From Octopus sinensis (taxonomy: Eukaryota), in the NCBI RefSeq assembly GCF_006345805.1, contig NC_042997.1:202864001-202928000 (forward strand): a DNA stretch of 64,000 nt, read 5' to 3'. Under the pieces are notes generated by a model. That model worked only from the letters and a program-made list of their open reading frames with translations, made no database searches and was not told where the DNA came from. Made by a program: the position numbers and the translations under genes. Every line of letters starts with the position of its first letter. The first letter of the stretch is position 1. Positions 1 through 11,944 of the stretch are shown here, one piece after another.

Positions 1-1249
1 ACAATTTTTAACTATTTTTGTACTCTAGTGAAATATCTTTTATCTCAAATCTAAACCACATTTTTTGAGAAGTATATGTTGAGCTTTGGCAGATGACAAA
101 CTACAAATTAATCTGTCTATTATTGTGTCAACCAAAAATGTTCCAACATATGAAATTTTTCAATTCGTAAAGGATAGTGAAGGTGATATAAATTTACAGA
201 TTAGATGTTACATTTTTTTGGGACCAATAACTGTCAATAAAATTAAATGTTTCTCACCTATATTGTTTGTGTGGTTAGTTATGAAAACCTTCTTTATCCT
301 TCCTACTAATTTTGATATAATAGTTTTTGATTCACTTATATATTTGTTATAATTAAAGTTAGCTTTCTTCTCTGCATATCCTTATAGTCTAGAAAACCCA
401 TATTAATTAAATTTAATTATTTGTCCTCACTTTCTCAATCATTAATAATTTTTCTGTTTTTGGTTATTGTCAGACAAAGAATAAGTTTATTTGATCTGTT
501 GAATGTTTAATAATTTAAGTATTACATCTTTTGCATTTATGTCTTACATTTATGTCTAATTTCAATTCATTCAATCTTAGGTATCCTACTTATGTGTGCA
601 GATGTAGGAAAATGGTTACTGAAATTCAGTGATTGGTACATTGAAACATAAAGTAAAATACAATCACATGAAAGATAAAAAAGTAACCATAGTGTAGTGA
701 AGACTCTTTTGTCTTGTCAGAAACCTCTCTAGTGACAGTGGCATAATAAAATACACAGTCCATGCTGTAAAGTGGTTGGTTGGTGACAGGAATGGCACCC
801 AACTATAAAACGTAAAAAAAACAAAAAAACAAAGATAACCAAGTCTTCTCAGTTGCAAGTGTCAGGTAATGAAAGATTGAGGATAAGTTACAAGACACTG
901 TGGGACTATTTCAATTGTCAAACTGATTTATGAAAGATAATCTAACCAAGGTCATCTTGCCTTTCGCTCAAACATATTGCATCTTGGACTAACACCATAT
1001 GTGTCCGTTTAATTTAAAGAGGATTTAGCCATTATTTCTAGATGGTCAAGCAACTGAATAAATGTTAATTGAAGCTAACTCAGCTGATCTATTTGGCTTT
1101 AATTTTTGACTGTGTAACTTGCAGTAACTAGTGGTATATTGTTTTATTTTTTATATGTATGTCCTTGGTCGGTGAAAGTAAAACAAACTTTTTAACAGCC
1201 ATACACTGCATAAATGGTTATTTTCTACATGATCCCTACCTATATAGTT

Positions 1250-1790
1250 CATCACTAATTCATTAGAAGTTCTTCATGTCTTCTACTCCTTTTATACTGA
1301 TTTCTCATTATTGTGTTTCCTTTAGCAGCACTGTGTTTATCTATTCTCAGCACTCTTTAGTCCATCTCTGTCTATCCATGTAACAATCTCCTAATGTAGT
1401 AGTGTAGATAAATCCATATGTCTCTCATCTCATGACATTAGCTCATCTTTTTCCATTGTTCTCAGCCAATTGGAGATACAATCTTTGAATTTGTTGTTTC
1501 TGTCTATCTCTTTGTCTTATTGTAAAGTCAATTTAGTTCAATCCCTCAAGATTTGTTAATGTCCAGTAAATTGCTTCACTTGTATTGTACAAAGTAAGGT
1601 CATTTATGTCACAGATCGCTAAGAAACTTGTTTTCTCGTCATGCTTTATGCTATGGCCACAGTGTCTCCATGTGCATTTATAAATCTCATCTGGTTTTCT
1701 TCTGACATGGTCATGGAAGTCAGCTGCTACAATGAAAATGATTTTTCAGATACCATAAGGGTATTTTCATTAATGTCTTGTAGAAGTAAG
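1250..1790 (-). mobile_element. Decayed RTE-clade LINE fragment, AP-endonuclease region
   Basis: Minus-strand translation gives IFIVAADFHDHV...FLAICDINDLTLYNT...IDFTIRQRDR, resembling RTE endonuclease motifs (IVAGDFNGHV, LLEFCDANDLMICNT, IDYIL); contains stops. Confidence 0.6.
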
Positions 1791-1834
1791 CTTCTTGTTT
1801 GCTTATTCTACTTGTGATGTAATTTATCTGCCTG

Positions 1835-1902
1835 TCTGTCATATATATATAACAACCCATCATAATTCTGTCATATATATATATACAACCCATCATAATT
1901 CT
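1835..1902. repeat. Local ~32-bp tandem duplication
   Basis: tctgtcatatatatat(a)acaacccatcataat occurs twice head to tail. Confidence 0.8.
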
Positions 1903-1970
1903 AAAATGATAATTGAATTACAATATTTCATATTAATGTGATGCATTTGTTTTATTTTAAGCTTATATAT

Positions 1971-2005
<35 letters not shown>

Positions 2006-2008
2006 GCG

Positions 2009-2395
2009 CAGGAGTGGCTGTGTCGTCAGTAGCTTACTTACTAACCACATGGTTCTGAGTTCACTCCCACTGCATGGCATCTTGGGCTGGTGTCTTCTAC
2101 TATAGCCTTTGCGCCAACCAAAGCCTTGTGAGTGGATTTGGTAGAGGGAAACTGAAAGAATCCTGTTGTATATATATATGTGTGTGTTTGTGTGTCTGTA
2201 TTTGTCCCTCCACCATCACTTGACAACCAATGTTGGTGTGTCTACGTCCCCGTAACTTAGCGGTTCAGCAAAAAGAGACCGATAGAATAAGTACTAGGCT
2301 TATAAAGAATAGGTTCTGGAGTTGATTTGTTTGACTAAAGGTGGTGCTTCGGCATGGCTACAGTCCAATGACTGAAACAAATAAAAGAAAAGAAA
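2009..2395 (+). mobile_element. tRNA-derived SINE, family A (full length)
   Basis: Head caggagtggctgtg...ggttctgagttcactcccactgc with A/B-box-like motifs, central (TA)/(TG) tract, tail ...gactgaaacaaataaaaga; homologous to 19120-19453, 29492-29950 and 42601-42948. Confidence 0.85.
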
Positions 2396-2404
2396 ATATA
2401 TATA

Positions 2405-2865
2405 CAGGCATGCATGGCTGTGTAGTTAAGAAGCTTGCTTCCCACATGGTTTCAGATTCACAATTGTCTTCCATAGCTCTGGGTTGACCAAAGCATTGAG
2501 CTGATTTGGTAGATGAAAGCTGTGTGAAAGTTTGCTGGTGGTGCATGAAGGGCTACCTTGCTGGTGACACATAAGAACACCCATGCCGGTGACACATAAA
2601 AGGCACCCATGCCGGTGACACATAAGATACCCATGCTGGCGATATACAAAAAGCACCTGTACTGGTGATGTGTAGAAGGCACCCATGCCGGTGACATGTA
2701 AAAGGCACACACTATACTCTTGGAGTGGTTGGCGTTAGGGAGGGCATCCAGCTGTAGGAACCATGCAAAATCTGACTGGAGCCTGGTGCAGCTCTCCAGC
2801 TTACCAGTTCCAGTCGAACTGTCTAACCCATGCCAGCATGGAAAACAGATGCTAAATGATGATAT
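2405..2865 (+). mobile_element. Composite SINE: family A head joined to an RTE-type 3' tail containing a ~26-bp minisatellite
   Basis: Family A head at 2405-2530; about 6 units of cccatgccggtgacacataaaaggca at 2555-2711; tail aacccatgccagcatggaaaacagatgctaaatgatgat matches the RTE 3' ends in this window. Confidence 0.7.
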
Positions 2866-2916
2866 ATATATATATATAGATGGATAGATAGATAGATAAA
2901 TAAATAAATGGAGTTA

Positions 2917-2991
2917 AACACAGGTGTTATTTAAATCTTTTTACTTTGAAACATATGTCAGAAGTAAAAAGATTTAAATATCACCTGTGTT
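2917..2991. repeat. Near-perfect foldback (~30-bp stem, ~13-nt loop)
   Basis: 2917-2946 pairs with 2962-2991 with a single mismatch (2927/2981). Confidence 0.85.
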
Positions 2992-3116
2992 CAGTTATCT
3001 ATCTATATTATTCAAACATAAGTAGGCTGTCACATCCTTGGTGTGAATTTTTGCTACCCTGGTAACTATTTATTTATTTTTTCTGTGTTATTTGTAAACT
3101 GAAAAGATACATGTAC

Positions 3117-3159
<43 letters not shown>

Positions 3160-3756
3160 TAGAGACATTATCATTGTCACATCATCATCATTTAATGTGT
3201 GTGTGTCTATGTTTCTGTCTTTCTGTCTTGACATCACGTGATTTTCAATATTCTGCAAAAACATGTCTGACAACAGGGAAATACTACCTTGCTTGGAAAC
3301 AAGTAAGGGTTGGCAGTAAGAAAAGCATCCATCTTCTAAAAATCTACATCAGTAAACTTTGTCTGACCAATGCAAGCATAGAAAAGTGGTTGCTAAAAAG
3401 GTGATGATGATGATCTAATATAAAAAAAAGCTCAGTTGATGTTACAAAAAGAAGCAAAATAAAACTTACTTTGTTAATTACTTTATCTAACACCTCAAAA
3501 ATTTCATACTTATTAATTCAGACAGGCTAATTACATTTATTTTTGTCAGAATTAGAATGGAGAAATATAATTAATACTTGGCATAAATCAGAAATTCTGA
3601 GAAACCTTATAGAAATCTAGCAATTGTATTGGAAAGTTTTTGTTCAGTTTGATCTAGTAACAGTTTGAAAATATAGAATTAAAAATATCTTATGTTTCCA
3701 CATTTCTATACTTTAATTGTCACAAGCTATTGAGTCACTCTACATTATTTTTACAG

Positions 3757-3774
3757 AAAGCTTCTTCACATCTG
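3757..3774 (+). CDS. Candidate 18-nt microexon of an unidentified host gene
   Basis: Acceptor tacattatttttacag, donor CTG|gtgagt; reads (x)SFFTS in the frame that chains with downstream candidates. Confidence 0.3.
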
Positions 3775-3987
3775 GTGAGTTGTCATTTGGTAGATTTGCT
3801 TTAAGAAAACAGATGTTAACTGTAGTAGTAGTATGATGGCTGATGATAGGTCTAATAGGTTGTATACTGTGGTTTGAGGGAGATTTAGCTGATATTTATA
3901 ACAGGTCAAATGATCACTTAGTAGCTGTCCTCTTTGTTTTGTATCATGCTGTGGGTGGTATTTTGAGAAAGCAGAGAGGTCATCGTC

Positions 3988-4290
3988 ATCATCATTTAAT
4001 ATCTGTTTTTGATACTGGCATGGGTTGGACAGTTTGACAGAAGCTAGCAAGACCAGGAGCCGCTCCAAGTTCCATTGTTTGTTTTGGTATAGTTTCTACA
4101 GCTGGATGTTGTTCCTAACACCAATCACTTTACAAAGTGTAGTGGGTGCTTTTTATGTGGTACCATTGCCGGTGCTTTTTACATGGCACCATTGCCAGTG
4201 CTTTTTATGTGGCACCATTGCCAGTGCCTTTTGTGTGGCACCATCACCGGTGCTTTTTACATGGCACCAGCACTGACATGGTCATCTTGT
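3988..4290 (-). mobile_element. RTE LINE 3' tail with a 26-bp minisatellite
   Basis: catcatcat...ggcatgggttggacagtttgac tail motif; about 5 units of gtgctttttatgtggcaccattgcc(a/g) at 4146-4272. Confidence 0.75.
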
Positions 4291-4676
4291 ACCTTGCAAG
4301 ACAAAAACCACTCAACTGGGATGGTGGGGAAGGAGTAGTGTTGAGGGTGGATTTGTGCCACTTGAGAGATCTAAGGTACAAAAGGACAGATATAGGTATC
4401 TTGTAGTGCAGATACATGGATACCCCAGTTAGAAAACAAGGGAGAGTGAGTTGGAGAATAAGATAAAGTAACAGTGAGAGAGATGATGGTGGCAATGTGT
4501 CAAGATATACCCTCGAGGGACATTGGGGGTGGTAAGAATAGGTGAGGTGAAATAGAGGTTTGTGTTAGGTGAGTGGGCAGGATGAGGAAACTGTAGCAAA
4601 TAGAGAGAAATATAGGAGAGGGTGAGAGTTGCAGTAGATATGTGAGGGTACTGAGAGAGGAGGGCATTGAGGCTCA

Positions 4677-4865
4677 GGTACAGTTTACAGTTTGAGTTAG
4701 TGTGTTGGAAATATTGATTGTTGGTTCATAAAAGATTGTTGGTTCATTATGTGTTTGTTACTGCCCGCTGTTTCTATTTTGTATTGTTATAACACTGTTA
4801 CAGTGTATTCTTTATCATCGACAACATCAACTGTACTACAATATTGGAGACATAAGGATATAACA
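4677..4865 (+). repeat. 5' LTR (5'-truncated)
   Basis: Aligns to 8492-8664 (roughly 90% by eye, with indels); ends in CA; lacks the first ~105 bp of the 3' LTR. Confidence 0.9.
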
Positions 4866-4867
4866 TC

Positions 4868-4878
4868 TGGTAACAGTG
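4868..4878 (+). promoter_or_regulatory. Primer-binding-site-like motif
   Basis: TGGTAACAGTG starts 2 nt after the LTR end; resembles the initiator tRNA-Met PBS (TGGTAGCAGAG) with 2 mismatches; the tRNA identity is inferred. Confidence 0.6.
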
Positions 4879-5099
4879 ATTTTTCAAAGTTCATGTAGGT
4901 TATTTGATAAATTGTGCATCATACAAATTGTTAAATCATGGAGAACCTATTAGCTGCAGTAATACAGCTTCAAGAGAAGCAACAGGAACAACTACAGGAG
5001 TTGCAGAAGCAAATATTACAACAACAACAACAACAATAACAGTTGAGTCACAGTCAAGGAAGTCCGAAAATTTTGGTAAGTTTGTTTATGCCAGATGGC

Positions 5100-5700
5100 A
5101 TGGCGAACTTGATTTCTGAATTCACTTATAATCCTGAGGAGGGTATCATGTTTCCTGTGTCCTATAGAAGGTATGAGGAAATTTTAAACAAAGATTGAAA
5201 GTCATGATCAGATGAGGAGAAAGTGAGGCTCTTACAAAGCCAGGTAGCTTGGGCCAAGCATGAAAGCTGTTGTAACTTTATATTGCCTAAAAAGTCGATA
5301 TTTTTAAATCCCTTATCTTCATACAAGGTCTTATGGCAGCTGAAGACAGAGAAATTTGGGCAAGGATTCTCTCAAAAATGGAGTAGGCAAACCAAGACTT
5401 AACCATAAAGACCATTGCAGAAGAATGTTAAACAATGATAAACCTGAAGCACGACATGAAAATATTCAAGAGAAAGATTCCGCAAAAATTGAGTGCCGGG
5501 CCTCAATCCATGTTATGGATGTGGAGGCCTACACTTCAGAAAAGAATGTCTGTTTAAAAACTGAAGACACTATAGTTGTCAGAAACTTAATCACAAGAGC
5601 TCACACTGCAGGACAAGATTATGAGGGTCAAACACAAAAGGTTCTAAGGTGCTTTCAGCAGAAAGTGAATGTGACACAAAAACCAGAAAATTCATACATG
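5100..5700 (+). pseudogene. Gypsy gag remnant
   Basis: EFTYNPEEGIMFPVSYRRYEEI near 5120-5185; double zinc knuckle CYGCGGLHFRKEC-LFKN*RHYSCQKLNHKSSHC at 5511-5609. Confidence 0.85.
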
Positions 5701-8176
5701 TAAAAATAAAGGGTGTAAATATTAAACAACAGTTGAATACAGGTAGTGGAATTTCAATCATAAATGTGGATACATGGAAAACAGTCAGGAAACAGCAAAA
5801 ATTGTGCATGGTGTGATGGGTAATAAATTACATTTCATGGATGAAATGTGTACAAATATTACACTTCAAGGAGAAAAAGGCGAAGCAAAAATATTCATTG
5901 TGGAGAAGACACTTTATCTGTCTGGTACAGATTGGTTGGAGTTATTTGACTTATGGCACTTCCCTGTATGTCTCTACTGTAAAGACATAAATGGTTGTCC
6001 CGTTAAAATTAAATCATCTGAGGAATTGAAGAGAAAATTGAAAAAGATGTTTCCTCAAGTACTATTGGAAGACTTAGCTTTATGCAAAAAGACTGAAGCC
6101 TGTTTTCAAGTAAGTGAAAATGCTGTGCCTGTATTTAAATCTAACAGAAAACGGCCATTCACAGCAATTGAAATCGTAAATGAAGATTTGGACAGACTGG
6201 AAAAGAGTGGATTACTCTAAGTGGGCAGCACCCACAGAGTGCATTAAAAAGAAAAATAATAAGATTAGGCAGTGTGCCAATTTCTCTATGGAATTGAACG
6301 ATTGCTTAAAGACATGCCACCATCCACTCCTGACACCAGAGGACATTTTCACAAAATTAGATGGTGGAAAAATTTTCTCCAAATTGGATTTGTCTGATGA
6401 TTATTTACAGATTAAAGTAAATGACAAATGCTCAAAGTATCTGACAATAAATACACACAGTGAATTGTACAGACATACCTGGTTATCTTTTGGATTAATG
6501 ATTGCACCGGCAGTATTTCAGCAAATCATGGGCGCTATCTTATCTGATTGTGAATTTGAATCCCTCCCTATTTGGATGATATATTGATTAAGAGTGATTT
6601 GCATGAACTGCCTGTGGGGTATATAGGAGCTGTGTTCAAGAAAATTAAAGAGTACTGCTTCACTTTGAGTCAAGAAAAATGCAAATTCTTTTTGCCTCAA
6701 ATTAAGTACTTAGGGCAAATAATTGATGAAAATGGTTGACCCGTTGAGGGCAGACGCAATAAAGAATATGCCTGCTCCAACAAATATACCAACATTACAA
6801 GCATTTCTTGAGCTGGCAAACTACTACAAAAACTACATTCCTAACATGCACAAATTAAGAGTTCCATTAAATGACTTAAGAAAGGAAGTAAAGTGGAATT
6901 GGTCGGTTAGATGCCAAAATGCATTTGAAGAAATATAAAAAATTCTAAATGCAGATTTGTCTCTAGCGTATTTTGATCCTGAAATAGACATTGTTGTAGC
7001 ATCTGATGCTTCAGATTATGGAATAGGAGCAGTTTTGCTACACAAGTATAAAGATGAAAGTTCAAAACCAGTGATTCCTGTTTTGCATTTGCTGATAGCA
7101 GCAGAGAAAAAATACAGTCAGATAGAAAAGGAAACCCTATCGATTATCTTTGCTGGGAAAAATTTCACAGGTTTCTACATGGCAGATGTTTTGTTACAAA
7201 CAAATCATCAACCATTACTATCAATTTATGAGTCAAAGAAAGGGTTACCTACCCATACGGTGAACCGACTACAACATTGGGGTATAATATTACTAAATTA
7301 CAATTTCAAAATGCAGTATATTCCATAAAAAAAAAATTGGTCATGTGGACTGTCTATCGAGACTAATTCCGAAAAATATGAAACCACTGGAAGATACCAT
7401 GATAGCTGCACTACAGGCAGAAAATGCAATGAAAAGTATTATGTCTAATGTTGTCCTAGAACTGCCAGTGACTGCACAGGATATAAGAATGAAATCTGTA
7501 GGTGATGAGTATATCATGAAAATGAAGGAAGCTTTAAAAAAGACGCAGAATAAAAATACAAATTCGAGTAGTTTCTCAATAGGTAACCGTATTTTGATGT
7601 ATGTGCAGACAGTTGTAGTACCGACTACATTACAAAAATGTGTATTTCAGCACTTCCACAGTGGACACCCGGGAATGTCGAGGATGAAAGCTCTGATGAG
7701 TATCTACATCTGTTGGCCAATTACGAACTGGAATATTGAAAATTTGGTGAGAACTTGTCGAGGTTGCACACTTGTGGCCAAAACTCCACTAGTAAAGTAT
7801 CAATTGTGACCAGAGACTGAGAAGCCATGGTTTAGGTTACATAACTATGCCAGACTGGTGAATGGCACTCATGGTAGACGGCTGTACAAAGAGGCTAGAG
7901 GCATGCCGGTGCAATAAACCAACTGCTAAGACAACTGTAAAGTTCCTATATGAATTGTTTGCATGTTATGGTGTTCCAGACACGTCATTTTCTGATAATG
8001 GAATGCAATTCTTGGGGTATGAATTCAAGAACTTCTGTAAAATGCATGTGGTAAAGTATATTTTCTCTCCACCCTACCACCGAAGGTCAAATGGGCAAGT
8101 AGAAAGATTTGTGGACACGTTCAAAAGAGCATTAAGAAAAGCTAGGAACGAATTAAGTAAAGATGAAGAACGGTGA
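5701..8176 (+). pseudogene. Gypsy pol remnant (PR-RT-RNaseH-IN), frameshifted
   Basis: Protease LNTGS (degenerate DTG) at 5733-5747; FSKLDLSDDYLQI; YLDD at 6569-6580; ASDYGIGAVL and YSQIEKE (RNase H); HSGHPG...CWP...CRGC zinc finger; SDNG and PYHRRSNGQVER (integrase core). Confidence 0.93.
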
Positions 8177-8374
8177 GAAATTCTTATGGAAGTATTTTTT
8201 GATGTATTCGATGTCCCAGCACTGAAAGTAATGGAGCCCTGTTGAACCAGCATGAGAAAATGGAAGCAGACCGAACACCTTGAGAAAAAGATATTAATAA
8301 CACCAAGTGAAAGAGATATTAACAAATAGTAATAATATATAAAATTTCTTTATTCCTTTGGAACTCGAAATCTC

Positions 8375-8385
8375 AAAAGGGGAGA
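8375..8385 (+). promoter_or_regulatory. Polypurine tract
   Basis: aaaaggggaga immediately precedes the TG start of the 3' LTR. Confidence 0.8.
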
Positions 8386-8664
8386 TGTGGCAAGAGTATG
8401 ACACCTTCTGATGAGAATAGACTGGACCATTACATATGAATAGTAGCAGTGTGACATAGTTAGCAGTTCATAGTTTGGTCTTTGAAGTCCGGGTACAGTT
8501 TACAGTTCAAGTTAGTGTGTTGGAAATATTGATTGTTGCTTTGTTGCATGTTTGTTACTGCCACTGTTTCAATTTTGTATTGTTTATAACACTCACAGTG
8601 TATTCTTTATCTATCATCGACAATATCAACTGTACTACAATATTGGAGGCATAAGGATATAGCA
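8386..8664 (+). repeat. 3' LTR (279 bp, TG...CA)
   Basis: Starts TGT after the PPT, ends CA; its 3' 173 bp match the 5' LTR. Confidence 0.9.
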
Positions 8665-9099
8665 AGTAATAAATATATTCACTACTTTTACACTAAAAAT
8701 GTAATCTTGTCCATTCTATCAGTCAGATTGAATTATTTGGTGGCATGACAGAAATGGTAGAGTATCTGGTTTAATATGCCACACCATATTTAGATTCTGA
8801 GTTTAAAATCATACTGGGTAGAAAAAATATGTACTAGATATACTCTGAGGTTGATTCAGTTACCTATATTACTTCATTACAAATTTGTATATTATTAGAA
8901 TTGTATATAGTTACTTTTGAAACTTTGGCATATTTCTGTCAAATATTATCAAGTTTTATTTCATTGGCTATCTAATAATATAACATGAAATTGTCATACA
9001 GAAACTGAAATATTTGTAAAACAATCTGATAAGGTAGGAAAATTGAGATATTCTGTGGACCTTTATAGATGTTATCACTGTCAACTAGATATCCTTATA

Positions 9100-9400
9100 C
9101 AGCACTGCTCACAATGTGCTTCCATTCCTGTCTTGATTGTATTCTTCTCTTCCATTTGGAACTCAGTTTTTTGGGCTACCATCTTCCCATCATTTTTACC
9201 ATCTTCTGACTAGTCTTATCTCTTGGATACCATATTACAACTGAATGGATCTACTTACCTGTCTATGGACCTTGCAATATTTCTGGCTTGGTGGAACTTT
9301 GTGCTTTTAGTGTTCCATGATCGCCTTGTTCACTCCTCTCTCTTTGTTTTGGATATGGTCCTAGATTAATAAAAGATATGGATAGACAGTTCCAAAGCTA
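9100..9400 (-). mobile_element. Highly decayed RTE-like ORF C-terminal fragment
   Basis: Minus frame KPEILQGP*TGK resembles the RTE C-terminal ILQGxVEGKR motif; all frames contain stops. Confidence 0.4.
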
Positions 9401-9472
9401 TGCAGTTCTGAGGAGTAACTTCTAATTTAATTGGTGTGGGTTTTGTAAGAGAAATGTAGTCGTGACAGCTAA

Positions 9473-9672
9473 CCCTTTAGCATTCAGATGTAAAACTTAT
9501 TTATTCACAGTTTTGAATTAATCTTGCATTTATCTCATGCCTTCAAGATATTGACGACTTGATTGTTTAGTTTTAGAATTACATTGTAGGGTAGTTGTGA
9601 GAAGGCAAAATCTGGCTGATTTGAACATATAACATATTTGGACTGGATATGGTCAGTTAAAATGCTTAGGGG
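9473..9672. mobile_element. piggyBac-type MITE (~200 bp)
   Basis: Short TIRs ccctttagcatt / aatgcttagggg, TTAA on the right and CTAA on the left; homologous copy at 49763-49989. Confidence 0.6.
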
Positions 9673-11518
9673 TTAAAGTGAAGAACTTTGACTGGAGTTT
9701 TGAGAAGAGAAGACATTGTTAAAATAATAGAATAAATGATAGAGCATTTTGGGAGCCAGTGTGACTATGAGTGAAATTCTGTTTAATAGTTGAATGGTTG
9801 TCTTCTAAATTGTGTGAAGTTTTCAAACATGAGAGCTGCACTTAATATTAAGGAGTGAACCCTAGACCTTTTATAACAGGGCAAACATCTTTGGTTTTTG
9901 AAAAGGAACTGAATTCTTCATGGGATCATCTTAACCATTTTAAATGTAGAAGTTTTTAGAGTTTGTATTTTGGTATTATTAGACACTATTTGAATGGTAC
10001 CTTTTAGGTAGAAAGTGGATACATGTTAAATAATAAAAGTAATGTGATTAATGCTGCTGGCAAATAAATGAGTGGTACAGACAAATGAAGGTACCCTGTG
10101 AGATCACACTTCCTAAGAGAAAGAGCAGCCAAATCTCCCTCAAATTTCTCCTTCTTTTCTTGGAAAGGGGAAACTCATTAGTTAATAATAGAACAGATGA
10201 CATAACATTTTAAAAGTCAATGTTTATGAGTGAATTTTTATTTGAATAGCTTTGGATTATAAATCAGCTTAATCTAGAATGACTAAGATAAGCAATGTCT
10301 AAGAGAACACCAGGGCTATTCAATGGTTGGAACACAGTGGATCATAGATCTGCTTAATCAGGAATGACCTAGGGCTGAATAAAAACAAGAACAAAGTGAA
10401 TGATGGACATGTAATGAAATGTGTTTCCTTATAAAGTGGAGATAAAAGAATGTCAAAAGTTACAACCCTGGGAGACATCAAAGTAGATGGCAATAGATAT
10501 AGAAATTACACCAATTTCTTTCTTTTCCTGTTTTCTTTGTATTTTTCTTTTCTTCTCATATGCAACTGGCTCTATCTGTGTACCTAATGATTCTTATCCA
10601 AACCAATGAGGGAGCCATTGTGCTGCCACTTATCTTTTAGAAATAGCAGTCAAATCTTCCTCAGATTGCACCATATTGGCTTCAACAAATAATTGATTAG
10701 CTGTTCATTGATGGAATGCTTTTGATAATTGGTTTGGTCAGTCAGGACTGACCTGCACTGTTGAAACTTAGGAATGTAGTATTGGTTATATATCCATTTT
10801 GAATTATATATGCTAAAGAAGGAATTGCAAAGGGGTATTTCCAGCTTCCTTCTATTTTTAGTTAATATACTGAAATAATTGATTTATAGTTTTAATAGTG
10901 TTATTGTAAATTTGAGATAATTTCAACCTTTATAAGTGATATTAATAAAATGAATGGAATGTATTTGCAATCAACACCAAACCCTTATTTATAAGCCTCT
11001 TATCTTCAGCTTTCAACTACCCATGCCTAATATGGATGCACTATATGCTGTATAATATATGGAATCTTTTTTCTTCAGAAAGGCTGTCTTTTAAGCCAGC
11101 AAATGCAGCAAATTAGATATATTTTTACATCAAACTAATGCTGTTACAATAGATCTAAAATTAGAGCAGCATATTTGATTTTGCTATGTAATACCCTTTA
11201 GGTACTGTAGTAATATAGAAAGTATTAGTATTGTTGCAATCACTGTATAGCAAAAGGTATGTTTTTGGTAGGCTGATACTGTAATGTGGTTTCAATTCCC
11301 AGTTGAAACTATTACATTTCACCTAAACAACTATTCCCCTTGGAAAAGACATGAACATCTCTTCCCTCTCTCATAATATTTCGAGACTTCTTAGCTTTTA
11401 AAAAATATTATTAAAATCCTGAATTACTTTCATTACAGTGTAGTGAAATGAAAACAAAAGCATCAGACCAAAAGTTTTTCTAAGTTTTGAATTTAACATT
11501 TGCTTTTTGTCTCATCAG

Positions 11519-11537
11519 TTGATAAATTATGTACCAG
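11519..11537 (+). CDS. Candidate 19-nt microexon
   Basis: Acceptor tttgctttttgtctcatcag, donor CAG|gtcagt; reads VDKLCT(S) in the chained frame. Confidence 0.3.
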
Positions 11538-11944
11538 GTCAGTTTTATTATCTGTGTGCCCAACAAATTTGTAACCTTGTACCAATATGAAAAATCAAGA
11601 CAGTGGAGTGGCAAAAATGTAGGGTGCTAGATTTTAATATCTTTCAAAGCCATAAACAACTTTGTCATTCATAGCTGTGTTCTATAAAATACCAGGCATG
11701 AACTGGGATCACTTGAACTGACTATACCTTTTGACCTACACATTTGTGGCTTCTTGCCAATGCAAGAAATTATTGTTCTTGTAAAAAAAATTATGGATAA
11801 TTTCCAAAAATCTTTATCCTGGCATTAGTGTAGGGTCAAATGTGTTCTTTTATTTTAATGAATCTATTTATATTTTTGTGTTATAAAATATATATTTCTT
11901 TCTAACCACATTTCTGATTTCTCATCAATTCTGTATAATTAATG

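Larger units (their letters stand above)
4677..8664 (+). mobile_element. Decayed Ty3/Gypsy LTR retrotransposon (Mag-like), near full length
   Basis: Paired LTRs, PBS-like TGG site, PPT, gag zinc knuckles, and protease, RT, RNase H, integrase in Gypsy order; many stops and frameshifts. Confidence 0.95.

Noticed and set aside
2009-2100. tRNA-like heads (also at 25165, 29492, 42601, 43040) as tRNA genes
   Set aside because: A/B-box-like motifs only, no complete cloverleaf, and each continues into a SINE body
2555-4272. Regular ~26-bp repeats superficially like CRISPR arrays
   Set aside because: Head-to-tail units without unique spacers, inside RTE-type 3' tails of a eukaryotic genome; no cas genes
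9259-9360. Minus-strand exon with a perfect CAG|gtaagt donor
   Set aside because: Stops in all three frames; the sequence looks like a decayed RTE C-terminus
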